Shown here: piece by piece, positions 1 to 12,900 of the stretch
Numbering within the stretch: the stretch's first letter is position 1
Layout of the letters: each line of letters opens with the position of its first letter
From: Malacoraja senta
Lineage: Eukaryota
Assembly: GCA_038087875.1 (NCBI GenBank)
Contig: CM075998.1
Location: forward strand, 2,482,001 to 2,546,000
DNA: 64,000 bases
Direction of reading: 5' to 3'
Translations under genes and position numbers: made by a program
Notes under the pieces: model-generated
Told to the model about the DNA's origin: nothing
Database searches by the model: none
The model's input: the letters and a program-made list of their open reading frames with translations, nothing else

Positions 1-289
1 TGTTTCCCCAATCATTGCTAAGCAATCCATAGACACATAATTACTGAGTGGAAGCAAGAATGGGAGGAAATATAATGGGTGGAGGAGTTTGGGGACCAGA
101 TGTAAAGGGCTGTGGCTCGCAAGGCGTTTAACAAGGAGTTCCACACTCACGAGCCTGTGATTTTCTTTCTGTTTAGAAGAATGGAAAGAAATTCTTGGTT
201 CGGGAGCACGGGGAGAAGCTCCTGTTTGAAAAATCCCCCAGCAGTCTTTGGATGCGCAGTTGTGGTTTAAGGTTGCCTCACAAACCCCA

Positions 290-672
290 GATGGACACAA
301 AATGGTGGAGTAACTCAGCGGGTCAGACAGCATCTCTGGAGAGAAGGAATAGTTGACGTTTCGAGTCGAGGCCCTTCTTCAGACTGAGAGTCGGGGGGAA
401 AAGGGAAACGAGAGATATAGACGGTGATGTAGAGAGATATAGAACAAATAAATGAAAGATATGCAAAAAAGTAACGATGATAAAGGAAACAGGCCATTGT
501 TAGCTGTGGCCTAGGTGAAAACCAGTTGCAGACAATGAAACTCAACAAGACGACTTTGAAGCTCGTACGACTTGGGAGGGGGAGGAATGGAGAGAGAGGG
601 AATTCAAGGGTTTCTTTAAGTTAGAGAAATCAACATTCATACCACTATGTTGTAAGCTGCCCAAGTGAAATA
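290..672 (-). mobile_element. Penelope-like element 3' end (GIY-YIG C-terminus and pLTR)
   Basis: Minus strand encodes FHLGSLQHSGMNVDFSNLK, followed by the CTGAAGA...GAAACGTC pLTR motif. Confidence 0.75.
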
Positions 673-876
673 AACCCCACACGTCTTTGTTCAAGGCTAC
701 ACAAGAGAATGCCCTCGTATCCAGCAATGGCAGCTGGTACAAGAGTATGCTTGATTCTTGGGAGGCCTTAAACAGTCACTGTCAGGGGCTCCTGATCTAA
801 CCGCTCCAGCAGCTGGGTGTCAGCATACAAATCCACCATGTTTCACCTGTTTAAAATAACTATATTTCTTTTACAG

Positions 877-927
877 CTTTTCAATCTGTCTGAAAGAAGG
901 CAAGATATCAGCAGACTCAACCCCAAG
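877..927 (+). CDS. tns2: tns2 exon ([17 protein letters not shown]), PTP-like domain
   Basis: ttacag|CTT ... AAG|gtatgt; 51 nt, phase 0-0. Confidence 0.93.
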
Positions 928-3900
928 GTATGTTGGACTGAAGTTCTCTTCAAACCATTTCAGCTATTTTAGAACAGATTCAGCATTGAAGGAGGCCATT
1001 CAGCCCAATGTTCACGTTCACATTCACAAATTGTAGGAGTACAATTAGTCCATTCGGCCCATCGAGTCTACTCCGCCATTCAATCATGGCTGATCTCTGC
1101 CTCCTAATCCCATTTTCCTGCCTTCTCCCCATAGCCCTTGGCACCCGTTCTAATCAAGAACTTGTCTATCTCTGCCTTAAAAATATCCACTGACTTGGCA
1201 CCACAGCCCTCTGTGGCAATGAGTTCCACAGATTAACTACCCTCTGACTAAAGAAGTTCCTCCTCACCTCCTTTTTAAAAGAGCGCCCTTTAATTCTGAG
1301 GCTATGACCTCTGGCCCTAGACTCTCCCACCAGTGGAAACATCCTTTCCACATCCACTCTATCTATGCCTTTCACTATTCTGTAAGTTTCAATGAGGTCC
1401 CCCCTCAAACTTCTAAACTCCAGCGAGTAGAGGCTCAGTGCCGACAAGCGCTCATCGTATGCAATGAATCTGTGCTGGCTTTGTGAAACTCAGCTCATTC
1501 TGCTCTCTGCACTCCTGCAAGTTCTGTTCTTTCAGATTCGTTTTAGCTTTAAAATATCTGCGACATGGTTTACGAAGGGTTAATCTGTGGCTCCGTGTTC
1601 CAGCAGGTAAGACAGCATCTCTGGAGCAAAGGAATGGGTGACGTTTTGGGTCGAGACCCTTCTTGCTCTCGACCCGAAACCTCACCCATTCCTTTTCTCC
1701 AGAGATGCTATCTGACCCACTGGGTTACTCATGTGTCTATCTCCAGCACTGTGTGTGTGTTTATTTAGTAAACCAGCATCTGCAGCCCCTTGTTTCTACA
1801 ATAATAACCCTGATCTGCTTTGGATTATCAGGTTCAGGACTTTGGCTGGCCTGACCTTCATGCCCCTCCGCTGGACAAGATCTGCGCTATCTGCAAAGCC
1901 ATGGAGATGTGGCTGAACTCTGACCCACACCACGTTGTCGTCCTGCACTGCAAGGTGAGGAAGTGGGATAAAGAAATACTCCAGCGGTGTGTTGCTGAAG
2001 TTTCTCTGTCCCTTTGCATGTAGCTGCTGGCACACACAGGAGGCTTTTTTCTCGAGCATATGAGGGAAGTTCATACTTCATAGGAGCAGACTGAGGCCAT
2101 TTGGCCCATCAAGTCTACTCCACCATTCAATCATGGCTGATCTATCTCTCCCCCCTAACCCCATTCTCCTGCCTTCTCCCCACAACCCCTGACACCCGTA
2201 CTAATCAAGAATCTATCTATCTCTGCCTTAAATATATCCACTGACGGCCTCCACAGCCTTCTGTGGCAAAGAATTCCACAGATTCACCACCCTCTGACTA
2301 AAGAAATTCCTGCTCATCTGCTTCCTAAAAGAACGTCCTTTAATTCTGAGGCTGTGACCTCTGGTCCTAGACTCTCCCACTAGTGGAAGCATCCTCTCCA
2401 CATCCACTCTATCCAAGCCTTTCACTATTCTGTACGTTTCGATGAGATACCCCCTCATTCTTCTAAACTCACACTTGAAGTTGAATCTTATGTTGCCAGG
2501 TTTATTCCCAGCAGGTTCAGCTTTATGAATGTGTCTCAGAATTAAAGGACGTTCTTTTAGGAAGGAGGTGAGGAGACATTTCTTTAGTCAGAGGGTGGTG
2601 AATCTGTGGAATTCTTTGACACAGATGGCTGTGGAGGCCAAGTCCGTGGATATTTTTAAGGCGGAGATAGATAGATTCTTGATTAGTACGGGTGTCAGAG
2701 GTTATGGGGAGAAGGCAGGAGAATGGGGTTAGGAGGGAGAGATAGATCAGCCATGATTGAATGGCGGAGTAGACTTGATGGGCCGAATTGATGCTCCTCT
2801 TCCTTTTGACCTTATGACTTTCTCCACGTTGGTCCAGTGGATATCAACCCTTCCCTCGTTTGTGTCTCAACAGGGCAACAAAGGCCGAACGGGAGTCATC
2901 ATTGCAGCGTACATGCACTACAGCAAGATCTCTGCAGGGTAAGATCTACCACCCGCAACTGGAGCCAGGCCGACTCTGCACTGATCACGGGGACAGCTGA
3001 GCAATTGCACTCCTTGCAACTCAGCAGAAACCCACTCGTGGTTTCGGGACGTGGGAATCTGGCAACAGTCACAGCGACGGCATCGAAAGGCTTCTTTGCT
3101 GTGACTCTGGCCAGTTATTGCACGGCGGGAAGTCCCAAATGCAGGAAGGATTCATGCAGCAAATGCCTCTTGCATTGAGCTCAGGCTGCAGCAGCCCCTC
3201 CGTCCTGCACTCAAACGCTGGTCTGAATTATCCGCTCAATTTCCAGGAGCGGTGCTCAATCCCATGTTTTGTTCTGAGGGTTCACTTAACACATATCTCC
3301 TTTTTAAAATGCAGAGCTGACCAGGCGCTCAGTACACTCGCCATGAGGAAGTTCTGCGAGGACAAAGTGGCTCCAGCGATACAGCCTTCGCAAACCAGGT
3401 GAGTGAACCCACCTCGTACCGAGAGCACCCTGTATTTCGAACTGACAGTAAAGGGCCTGTCCCACTTTCACGACCTAATTCACGACCTTTTTTACTCGTG
3501 GACATTTTTCATCATGCTAGAAAAACGCCCCGACCTACTTGATGCCACGAGTACCTACGACTAGCATAACGGCCTGCTATGACCTACCTATGACCTCCTA
3601 CGACCTCCAACGACCTCGTGACGACCATGCTGCAAGTATGAGTCAAGGGCAAACTCAGCAGAGGTCGTGAAAGTGGGACAGGCCCTTTAGTTGTTTTACG
3701 GTGTAATAACCTGCCCAGTGCATACATCAGGGCAAATGCAAAGGTGCCCAGTTTAGACATGTCCAACCAGTGCATATATAGACAGCAGGTCAGAACCTCT
3801 TCAAACAAGTTCTGCGACCGATAAAAACTAAGACCACTCTCTTCTGCTAGTGTCAATATCCTTATAGCAATTAGCGCATAAAGAATTAGCAAGCATCTTT

Positions 3901-6900
3901 TCATTCATGGATTCTTAAGGGATTGGACAGGCCAGATGCAGGAAAAATGTTCCCGATGTTGGGGGAGTCCAGAACCAGGGGGGCCACACTGTAAGAATAA
4001 GGGGTCGGCCATTTAGGACTGAGATGAGGAAAAACGTTTTCACCCAGAGAGTTGTGAATCTGTGGAATTCTCTGCCACAGAAGGCAGTGGAGGCCAATTC
4101 ACCCGGATGTTTTCAAGAGAGAGTTAGATTTAGCTCTTAGGGCTAACGGAATCAAGCGATGGGGAGAAGGCAGGAATGGGATACTGATTGTGGATGATCA
4201 GCCATGATCGTATTGAATGGCGGTGCTGGTTCGAAGGGCCTCCTCCTGCACCTGTCTTCTATGTTTCTATGATACATTGCTAGTTCATTTTACAGCACCA
4301 TTGCAGAGTTTTTGTGTGTACTGTTGGTGTTCCTTTGTACAAATGTTGGTGTTGATACTTTGCTAGTGATAAATGTCTGGAAGAGGCTCTGATTTGTTCT
4401 CGACAGGCTCAGGAATCAGGTGAGAGCTGGATAATCTTGCACTTCCCATGACGTAGAAACCAGAGAGGATTTTAAAGATGTAATTTGCTATTCTTGTCGT
4501 CACATAGTCTCGTCTCTCCGTCACCCACTGAGATCTCAGCACTCCTCCAGTTCTGGCCACTCAGTCAGCACCAGTTTCTATCACTGTGTCCGGACTATGA
4601 GTGTGGTGGAATCTCCTCCCGATACATCTCCGCCTCGCTCTCCTCCATTGAAACACCCAACAACGCTACCTCCTTTGATTGAGCAATGTGGTTTGGTCTG
4701 AGATTTCATTAGATAAAGCTCCTGCTTGAAGCCACTTGATTCTGTTAAAGGTGGCGTACAAATCCACGTGTTGTTCCTGATTCATAAAGGAGCTACAACT
4801 GGTTCCTGGCACAATGGGCTTGGTTGGGAAGGGCACAAGAATCAGTCAGAAGCCTTTTGCCCTGTCACCAGGCCGAACCACAACCACCCTTCGTGCCCTC
4901 CCCCAATTCTGGACTGTATTTGTGAACTGTGGTGAGGACTAGATTGTAACATATTTGTTATGACTGAGAGAGAGAGAGGCTATTTCAGCCCATCACCAAC
5001 TCAGTCGGTCCTATTCCTTCTCACCATGCACTCCTGTAGCCCTACAAATTAATGTGTGAGAAGGAACTGCAGATGCTGGTTTATACTGAAGATGCACACA
5101 AAAAGCTGGAGTAACTCAGCGGGACAGGCAGCATCTATGGAGAGCAGGAATGGGTGGCGTTTCAGGTCGAGACCCTTCTTCAGACCCTGTCACTGCTGAA
5201 ATAGTGCACCGATGTATGTGAGTGGCTTATGTGTTCCTCTCCCAGCACCACGAGATGGTATCCAGGTTGAGGTTAGAGTGAGTTTTCAGAGCTCTGACTT
5301 CACTGTCTTTTCCTCCTACAGATACATTTATTACTTCAGCGGCCTGCTATCTGGAGCGATAAAAATGAACAGCATGCCTCTGTTCCTGCACCATGTCGTC
5401 ATCCCTGCTATACCCAGTTTTGAGCCCCATGGAGGTAATTGTGTTCAGGCAGCATGCATGCAGATCTATTTCAATCCACTTCCATTATCTGCAGAACATA
5501 CTGTGTACAATGACAGCTTAATAGAAACATAGAAAATAGGTGCAGGAGTAGGCCATTCGGCCCTTCGAGCCTGCACCGCCATTCAATATGATCATGGCTG
5601 ATCATCCAACTCAGTATCCTGTACCTGCCTTCTCTCCATACCCGCTGATCCCTTTAGCCACAAGGGCCACATCTAACTCCCTCTTAAATATAGCCAATGA
5701 ACTGGCCTCAACTACCTTCTGTGGCAGAGAATTCCACAGATTCACCACTCTCTGTGTGAATTTTTTTTTCTCATCTCGGTCCTAAAAGACTTCCCCCTTA
5801 TTCTTAAACTGTGACTCCTTGTTCTGGACTTCCCCAACATCCGGAACAATCTTCTTGCATCTAGCCTGTCCAACCCCTTAAGAATATTGTAAGTTTCTAG
5901 AAGATCCCCCCTCAATCTTCTAAATTCTAGCGAGTACAAGCCGAGTCTATCCAGTCTTTCTTCATATGAAAGTCCTGCCATCCCAGGAATCAGTCTGGTG
6001 AACCTTCTCTGTACTCCCTCTATGGCAAGAATGTCTTTCCTCAGATTAGGAGACCAAAACTGTACGCAATACTCCAGGTGTGGTCTCACCAAGGCCCTGT
6101 ACAACTGCAGTAGAACCTCCCTGCTCCTATACTCCTATACTGCTCCTATACAATGACCTCCTTCCTAGAGCAGGGTGACCAAAACTGAACACTTCACATC
6201 CCATCCCATACTCAGTATCCTGACTGATGAAAGCCAATGTACCGAAAGCTTCTTGACCACCCTATCGACCTGTGATGCCGCCTTCAAGGAACTATGAACC
6301 TACACTCCGAGATCCCTCTGCTCTACAACACTCCCCAGGGCCCTGCCATTCACTGTGAAATTGTTGATTGTGGACGCCATGGTAATCAGTAGAAATATCT
6401 CCAGAAACATCCCAGCCTTGACTGCGCTGCAAGGCTGCTCCTAATATGGCAACAATCAAGACATTTCAGACTTCAATAACTGGTTGCTCAATAATATCAG
6501 ACACTTATAGGAATGTCATATGGAGTTTAACAGAATCCTTGACAACTAGTGGCTGCTCCTTGAATACGTCACAATCACCCAGCTCCACATATCTCGACAA
6601 GGAATTTAAACAGCTTTCACAGTTTAGTATTGATTAGTGACCATTAGTGCAGTGCCACTCTCGTCTACTTGGGAATATAGGAAGTTGCTCAACCTCCAGA
6701 CCTTCTGCAGCACTGAATGTTCCCGAGCATTTGCACTGTGTTTACTTAGCTCACGAGAACTGCTTAAATCTCATAACCTCCTGAACTCTGGAAAATTATT
6801 TTTTGTTTTCCCTTCACAGGCAGAGAAGCACACAGTGGGGTCAAGCTTCCTGAAACACCATCTTCATTTTTCCTGCTGATTCCACTTTGCCTACACTCAC

Positions 6901-9900
6901 TTCCATGACATGGGCTGAACAGCTCCTGCTCTCCCATTAGCTTCCATGCTTTTACAATCACTTTTGCTCTTTCGTAGAGTCCACACTTCCCTCCATTACT
7001 AACTCTGTGCCTAAACCTACCCTTCTTCAGACTGAAGGTCTCAACCCAAAACGTCACCCATTCCTTCTCTCCAGAGATGCTGCCTGCCCGGCTGAGTTAC
7101 TCCAGCTTTTTGTGTCTATCTTCGGTTTAAACCAGCATCTGCAGTTGCTTCTTACAAGCTTCTTTAGAAACATCAGTTTTCCTCTGTGTCTATCTTCGGT
7201 TTAAACCAGCATCTGCAGTTCCTTCCCATGTATCTGCAGTTCCTTCCCACAACAACCTGCATAGTGGGATTAGGTTGGGTGGCACTTCATCGACCATGAT
7301 GGATATGATAAAACCAAATGGCCTCCTGTGTCGAAACCTTTCCGTGAATTTGCGATCCCCTACTTTAACCCCGAAACTTTGCATGACTTTGTGGCAACAG
7401 AGCAGAACAGCAGCAGGTCAAGCAGGAGTCTTTGCGTCGGCTTGTTTAACAGCGTCAAGCTCATAAACCAGAGTTCGAGCAATTAGGACAGGAAATGGCT
7501 GAGCTCTTCACACTAGTCTAATAACAGAGTGACTAATTCTAGATTTGCAGCCGAATCTTAAACAAGACCAAGCATTTACATCAGGCCCAGCTGACGACAT
7601 TGCGTAATGGTTGTCCTTTGGAGTCTTTGACCTTCTGGGGGAGTTAGCAGTGCTGCAGAATATGTAATTAGATTTTTTTTTGTGCAAGCACAAATTGGAC
7701 TCAAATTTGGACTCAAATCTGAGGAATGTGGAAAAGAAGATGCATTGCCGTGGCGATCTCTAATCCAGGTCAACCATTCATTTCCGTTAACAGCATAAAC
7801 AAAAGATTGATGCAGAGCCTCATATCACAACCTCGGGACATCTCAGAGTACTTCACAGCCATTGGAGTAGTTTTGAGCTGTGTAGTCGCTGTTGTAGGAA
7901 TCTCAGCAGCTAATGCATGCACAGCAAGATCCCACAAAGAGCGATGACCTGGAACAGCACCTCATATTTTGCTTGGGTAGCTCACACCCCAGCGGTGTGA
8001 ACATGGACTTCTCTAACTTCAAATAGCCCTTGCTTTCCCTCTCTCTCCACCCCTTCCCCCTTCCCAGTTCTCCCACCAGTCTTACTGTCTCCGACTACAT
8101 TCCATCTCTGTCCCGACCACTCCCCCGACTCTCAGTCTGAAGAAGGGTCTCGACCCGAAACATCACCCATTCCTTCTCTCCAGAGATGCTGCCTGTCCTG
8201 CTGAGTTACTCCACTTTGGTTTAAACCGGCATTTGCCGTTCCTTCCTACACATCTTGTATTGCAGAATTGAAATGGACAATTGGACAATTGTACTCGTTC
8301 TGAAAGGGAAGGGAGGGATAGAGCTACAGAATGCGCAGTTTGGGGCGTGGGTTGATTGAATAGTGCTGTCCGTTCCCTCCTTTCCAGAGGTCTCCAACCT
8401 CTCCCACTATCTCTTTGCTTATTGTGCTTATCTTTAGATTAAAATGTTGACCATGTCTGACCATGAGAGGCCAAAGATCAATGGATTTCTGTTTTAATTA
8501 CAGGATACCACCCATTCCTGAAGATTTATCAGTCCATGCAACTCGTCTACACCTCAGGCATCTAGTAAGTGACCTGTTACTGTGTATTTATGTGTTCTGC
8601 GGACTACATGCTCAATGCTCAAAGAAACATCTTGCGTGGAATGAAAACACATTCTCTTAAGCTTCTTTTAATGCAAAAATAACCATGTACAATTGTTTTC
8701 TGTGGATTTGTTTTTTAATAGTATCTTAACTCTCGCACAAGAATTCCTCTTCCAGAATAAACACTGCATCTGATTGTCATGTTACATCAAAATGTTACAT
8801 CAGAATGGAGATGGGGAGGAATTTCTTTAGCCAGAGGCTGGTGAATCTGTGGAATTCATTGCCACAGACGGCTGTGGAGACCAAGTCATTGGGTATTTTT
8901 AAAGCAGAGATTGATAGATTCTTGATTAGTACGCTGTCAAAGGTTACTGGGAGAAGGCAGGAGAATGGGGTTGAGAGGGGAAAAATAGATCAGCCATGAG
9001 AGTAGACTCGATAGGCCGAATGGCCTAATTACGCTCCTATGACTTATGGTCTTATGGTTTTGTGGCATTAAGATGCTTTCTGTCTTATTCTCGGGCTCAA
9101 ATGCATGAGATATCACAACTGTTGTGGAGCTTGGTGGTTTTGGGTCTTCATGCATCAAGGAGCACTAGTCCTTTGTGGGTCATAAGGTCATAAGTGATAG
9201 GAGCAGAATTAGGCCATTCGGCCCATCAAGTCTTCTCCGCCGTTCAATCATGACTGATTTATCTCTCCATCCTAACCCCATTCTCCTGCCTTCTCCCCAT
9301 AACCCCTGACACCCACACTAATCAAGAATCTATCTATCTCTGCCTTAAATATATCCACTGACTTGGCCTCCACAGCCGTCTGTGGCAAAGAATTCCACAG
9401 ATTCACCACCTTCTGACTAAAGAAATTCCTTCTCATCTTCCTCCTAAAGGAACGTCCTTTAATTCTGAGGCTATGACCTCTGGTCCCAGACTCTCCCACT
9501 AGTGGAAACATCCTCTCCACATCCACTCTATCCAGGCCTTTCACTATTCTGTACATTTTCAATGAGGTCCCCCCTCATTCTTCTAAACTACAGCAAGTAC
9601 AGGCCCAGTGCCGTCAAACGCTCATCATAAGTTAACCCACTCATTCCTGGGATCATTCTCGTAAACCTCCTCTGGACCCTCTCCAGGGCCGGCACACCCT
9701 TCCTCAGATATGGTGCCCAAAACCGTTGAGGTCCAGGGGTGGGAGGTGGATGAGTGTGCGGGATAGAGATTGCCAGCCAACTGCAGCTTTACAAATCCAC
9801 GCGTTTCATTCCTTTTGCCACAGCAGTGTCCAAGCACCCGGTTGTAAAAAGTTGTGTGTCTTCATCGAGCCTGCGTTACTGCTGAAGGGAGACATCATGG

Positions 9901-12900
9901 TGAGTTTGGAGCATTTCATTCATTGTTATTACAAACACCACTTTACTCTTCATTAAACACTGTTTTAATAACTCCACTTGTTGACTTTACACTTCATTAA
10001 TCATTGCTCCACCCATTCCACTAATTGCTGCATAACAGACTCCCATCAGTTAGTTTGTGCAAGAAGGAACTGCAGATGCTGGTTTAAACTGAAGATCGAC
10101 ACAAAAAGCTGGAGTAACTCAGCGGGACAGGCAGCATCTCTGGAGAGAAGGAACAGGTCGCAAAACATCACTCATTCCTTCTCTCCGGAGATGCTACCTG
10201 TCCCACTGAGTTATTCCAGCTTTTTATGTCTATGTTCCATCAGTTAGTTTTATACCCCATTAACTGTTAATATACCCGCTCCATTCATCATTAGTATGAA
10301 CTAATGTGGCGGAGGCCACAATAGGCCCGACTATGGGTGAACAGGGGATGGGACTTGACTTTGCTGCCTTCCCCCACAGTGGGAACCATTGTTGGGGGAT
10401 GTTTTTATGTTTATTGTTAAATTCTTTAATGTTGTGTCTTATCTTTATCTGTGTGCTGCAATGGCAAGTCAAATGTCACTACACCAATTAGTGTATGTGA
10501 TAATAAATGTCCTTTGTATCCTTGTATAACTCTATTGATCATTTAAAACATGATGCTTTGATTACAACTAAACATATTCCTTTAAACATGATTACACACT
10601 GCATTAGTTGTTATCGTACACGCTCCATTAATGATTATTGTGCAAGCTATTGATCCTTGATATGTAGATGACTTTAATTATCATTTCATCATTATTCTAG
10701 TCTCCTTTAATTGCAATACCTGACTCTCACATTTGTTTTTTTTAACACTGACGTCGTGAAATCATTTTGGTGCACATCCCTAAACTTTCTGAAATCTGTG
10801 TGATGCAAACAGCGCCCCGGATCACAAACCCTGACACCGTCAGCTTCAGGTTCGCTGCAAGCTTTTCCTTGGGCCTTAACTTGTGGGAAGCTGCTGAGCT
10901 TTCTGTGCTAATCTGCTTTTGCCAACGTTCCTTGCTGGTTGGCACTCTGGAAAAAATGGTTTGGCAGAGCCTGCCTGGCAATGATACCGGTTCTTCAAGG
11001 AGGCAAAGAAAGAGAGGGGAAAACTCGGGCCACTGTCTTCATCGTAGGCAGGAGCCGTGTGGCAAATACATCACGTTACCATGCACCCACGGCTTAGCAA
11101 GTGTTCACTCTTTCTAAGTCAGAAGATGTGTCCTGCTCCAGAGCTTTTGCAATCGGGCAACTGGATCATCCTCCCACAACCACAGAGCAGTCCTGAACTA
11201 CTATCTACCTCATCGGACTATCCTTGACCGGACTTTGCTGGCCTTACCTTGCATTAAACGTTATTCCCTTATCATGTATCAATACACTGTAAATGGCTCA
11301 ATTGCAATTAAGCCATTCCGCTCAATTGTCTGAAGAAGGGGTTCGGCCCGAAACATTGCCTATTTCCTTCGCTCCATAGATGCTGCTGCACCCGCTGAGT
11401 TTCTCCAGCATTTTTGTCTACATTCGATTTTCCAGCATCTTCAGTTTCTTCTTAAACTCCGCTCAATTGAGTATTGTCTTTCCGCTCAATGAAAGCTTTT
11501 TGCTGCACCTCGGTACATGTGACAATAAACTAAACCAGATTGTGTAAAATCCAGATCGTGTTGCATTGAGCAAGCACCTCACTGTCTGAAGCGGTGGGTT
11601 TTGGAAGAGTCAGTAAACCCAAGTCCTGCCTGCCTTATAGGGTAGATGTAAAAAAATCAAACGCGATTACTGCTCCGTGCCAACACTTATCCCTCAACAA
11701 CCAGCGCAAAAATAGATCCTCTGCTCAGCATCACATTGCTGCTTGTGATGGGGCTCGCTGTCTACAATTTTGGCTGCTGCTTTTCCTTCTCGTCTCGATT
11801 TCAAAAATGAGTGATTTCTGGTACAACACTCGAGGACATCCTGAAAGACGGCATCAAATTGCAAACTTGCTCTTTTAGGCTTAAGAATTTCCGAGGCTGT
11901 CAACCAGGCATTTTAAGGGCAGCGGCAGAACTGGCGGGACATGCAATACACGGACGTTCAGTCACATTTTGATGACACTTTGATCATGGGTGTGTGTCTC
12001 TTCCTCGACTCCTCTGAACTAACTTGATGCCAGCTCCTTTGCCTTCCAAGGTGCAGAACCAGGAAGGAAGTTGTTATTGTGCCAATCCCTAGCTGGCAGA
12101 GCCTCACCTGAATTGTGCCGGGTTTGTTTGTGCCCACTGTGCCTCTACTCAGCAGTCTGGATGGAGTCTGAGTCCTTGGCCATTTGCATCTTCTACCCTT
12201 TCAAATCCAAATTTGGACGCAGACTGAGGCTCCTACAAGGGCTCCTGGCTTGCTCAGCAGGCATCTCTCAGAGAGAAAGTAATGATATCAGTTGGTGTCT
12301 ACAGGTAGGGAGGATTTCTTTTTGCATTCACACCTTGTTGCATTTTTTCATGCATTTGTTTCCCCCCCCACCAATCATGGGCTCCTTCATTAGGCGTAGT
12401 TCCTGCCGTAATTGGTGCCATGGAGAGGGGTGAGTATTCTCTTGGTTGGGTTTCTGATTTCACAGCTGCACATGGAAACATGGAGTAGGGAGACAATATA
12501 AGTGGGGTCAACGACACCTGAGGCATTCTGACCAAACTGCCGCAACTCCAAGCCTTGGCTCTTCAACTGCCTGGGCTCTCTGGTTCATCTGGTTCACGCA
12601 ACAAGGTGGCACAGCGTCGTGCTATCTGGCAGAGCCCGAAGTGGCATCAGAAGCACATTTTGTGCGTGTGGGAGTTACCATCACTGGTGGACTTGCTGAC
12701 AAATGTGTAGGAAGGAACTGCAGATGCTGGTTTACACGGAAGACAGACACAAAATGCTGGAGTAACTCAGGCAGCATCTCTGGAGAGAAGGAATGGGTGA
12801 CGTTTCGGTTGAAGAAGGGTCTCGACCCGAAACGTCACCCATTCCTTCTCCCAGGAGATGCTGCCTGTCCCGCTGAGTTACTCCAGCTTTTCGTGTCTAT

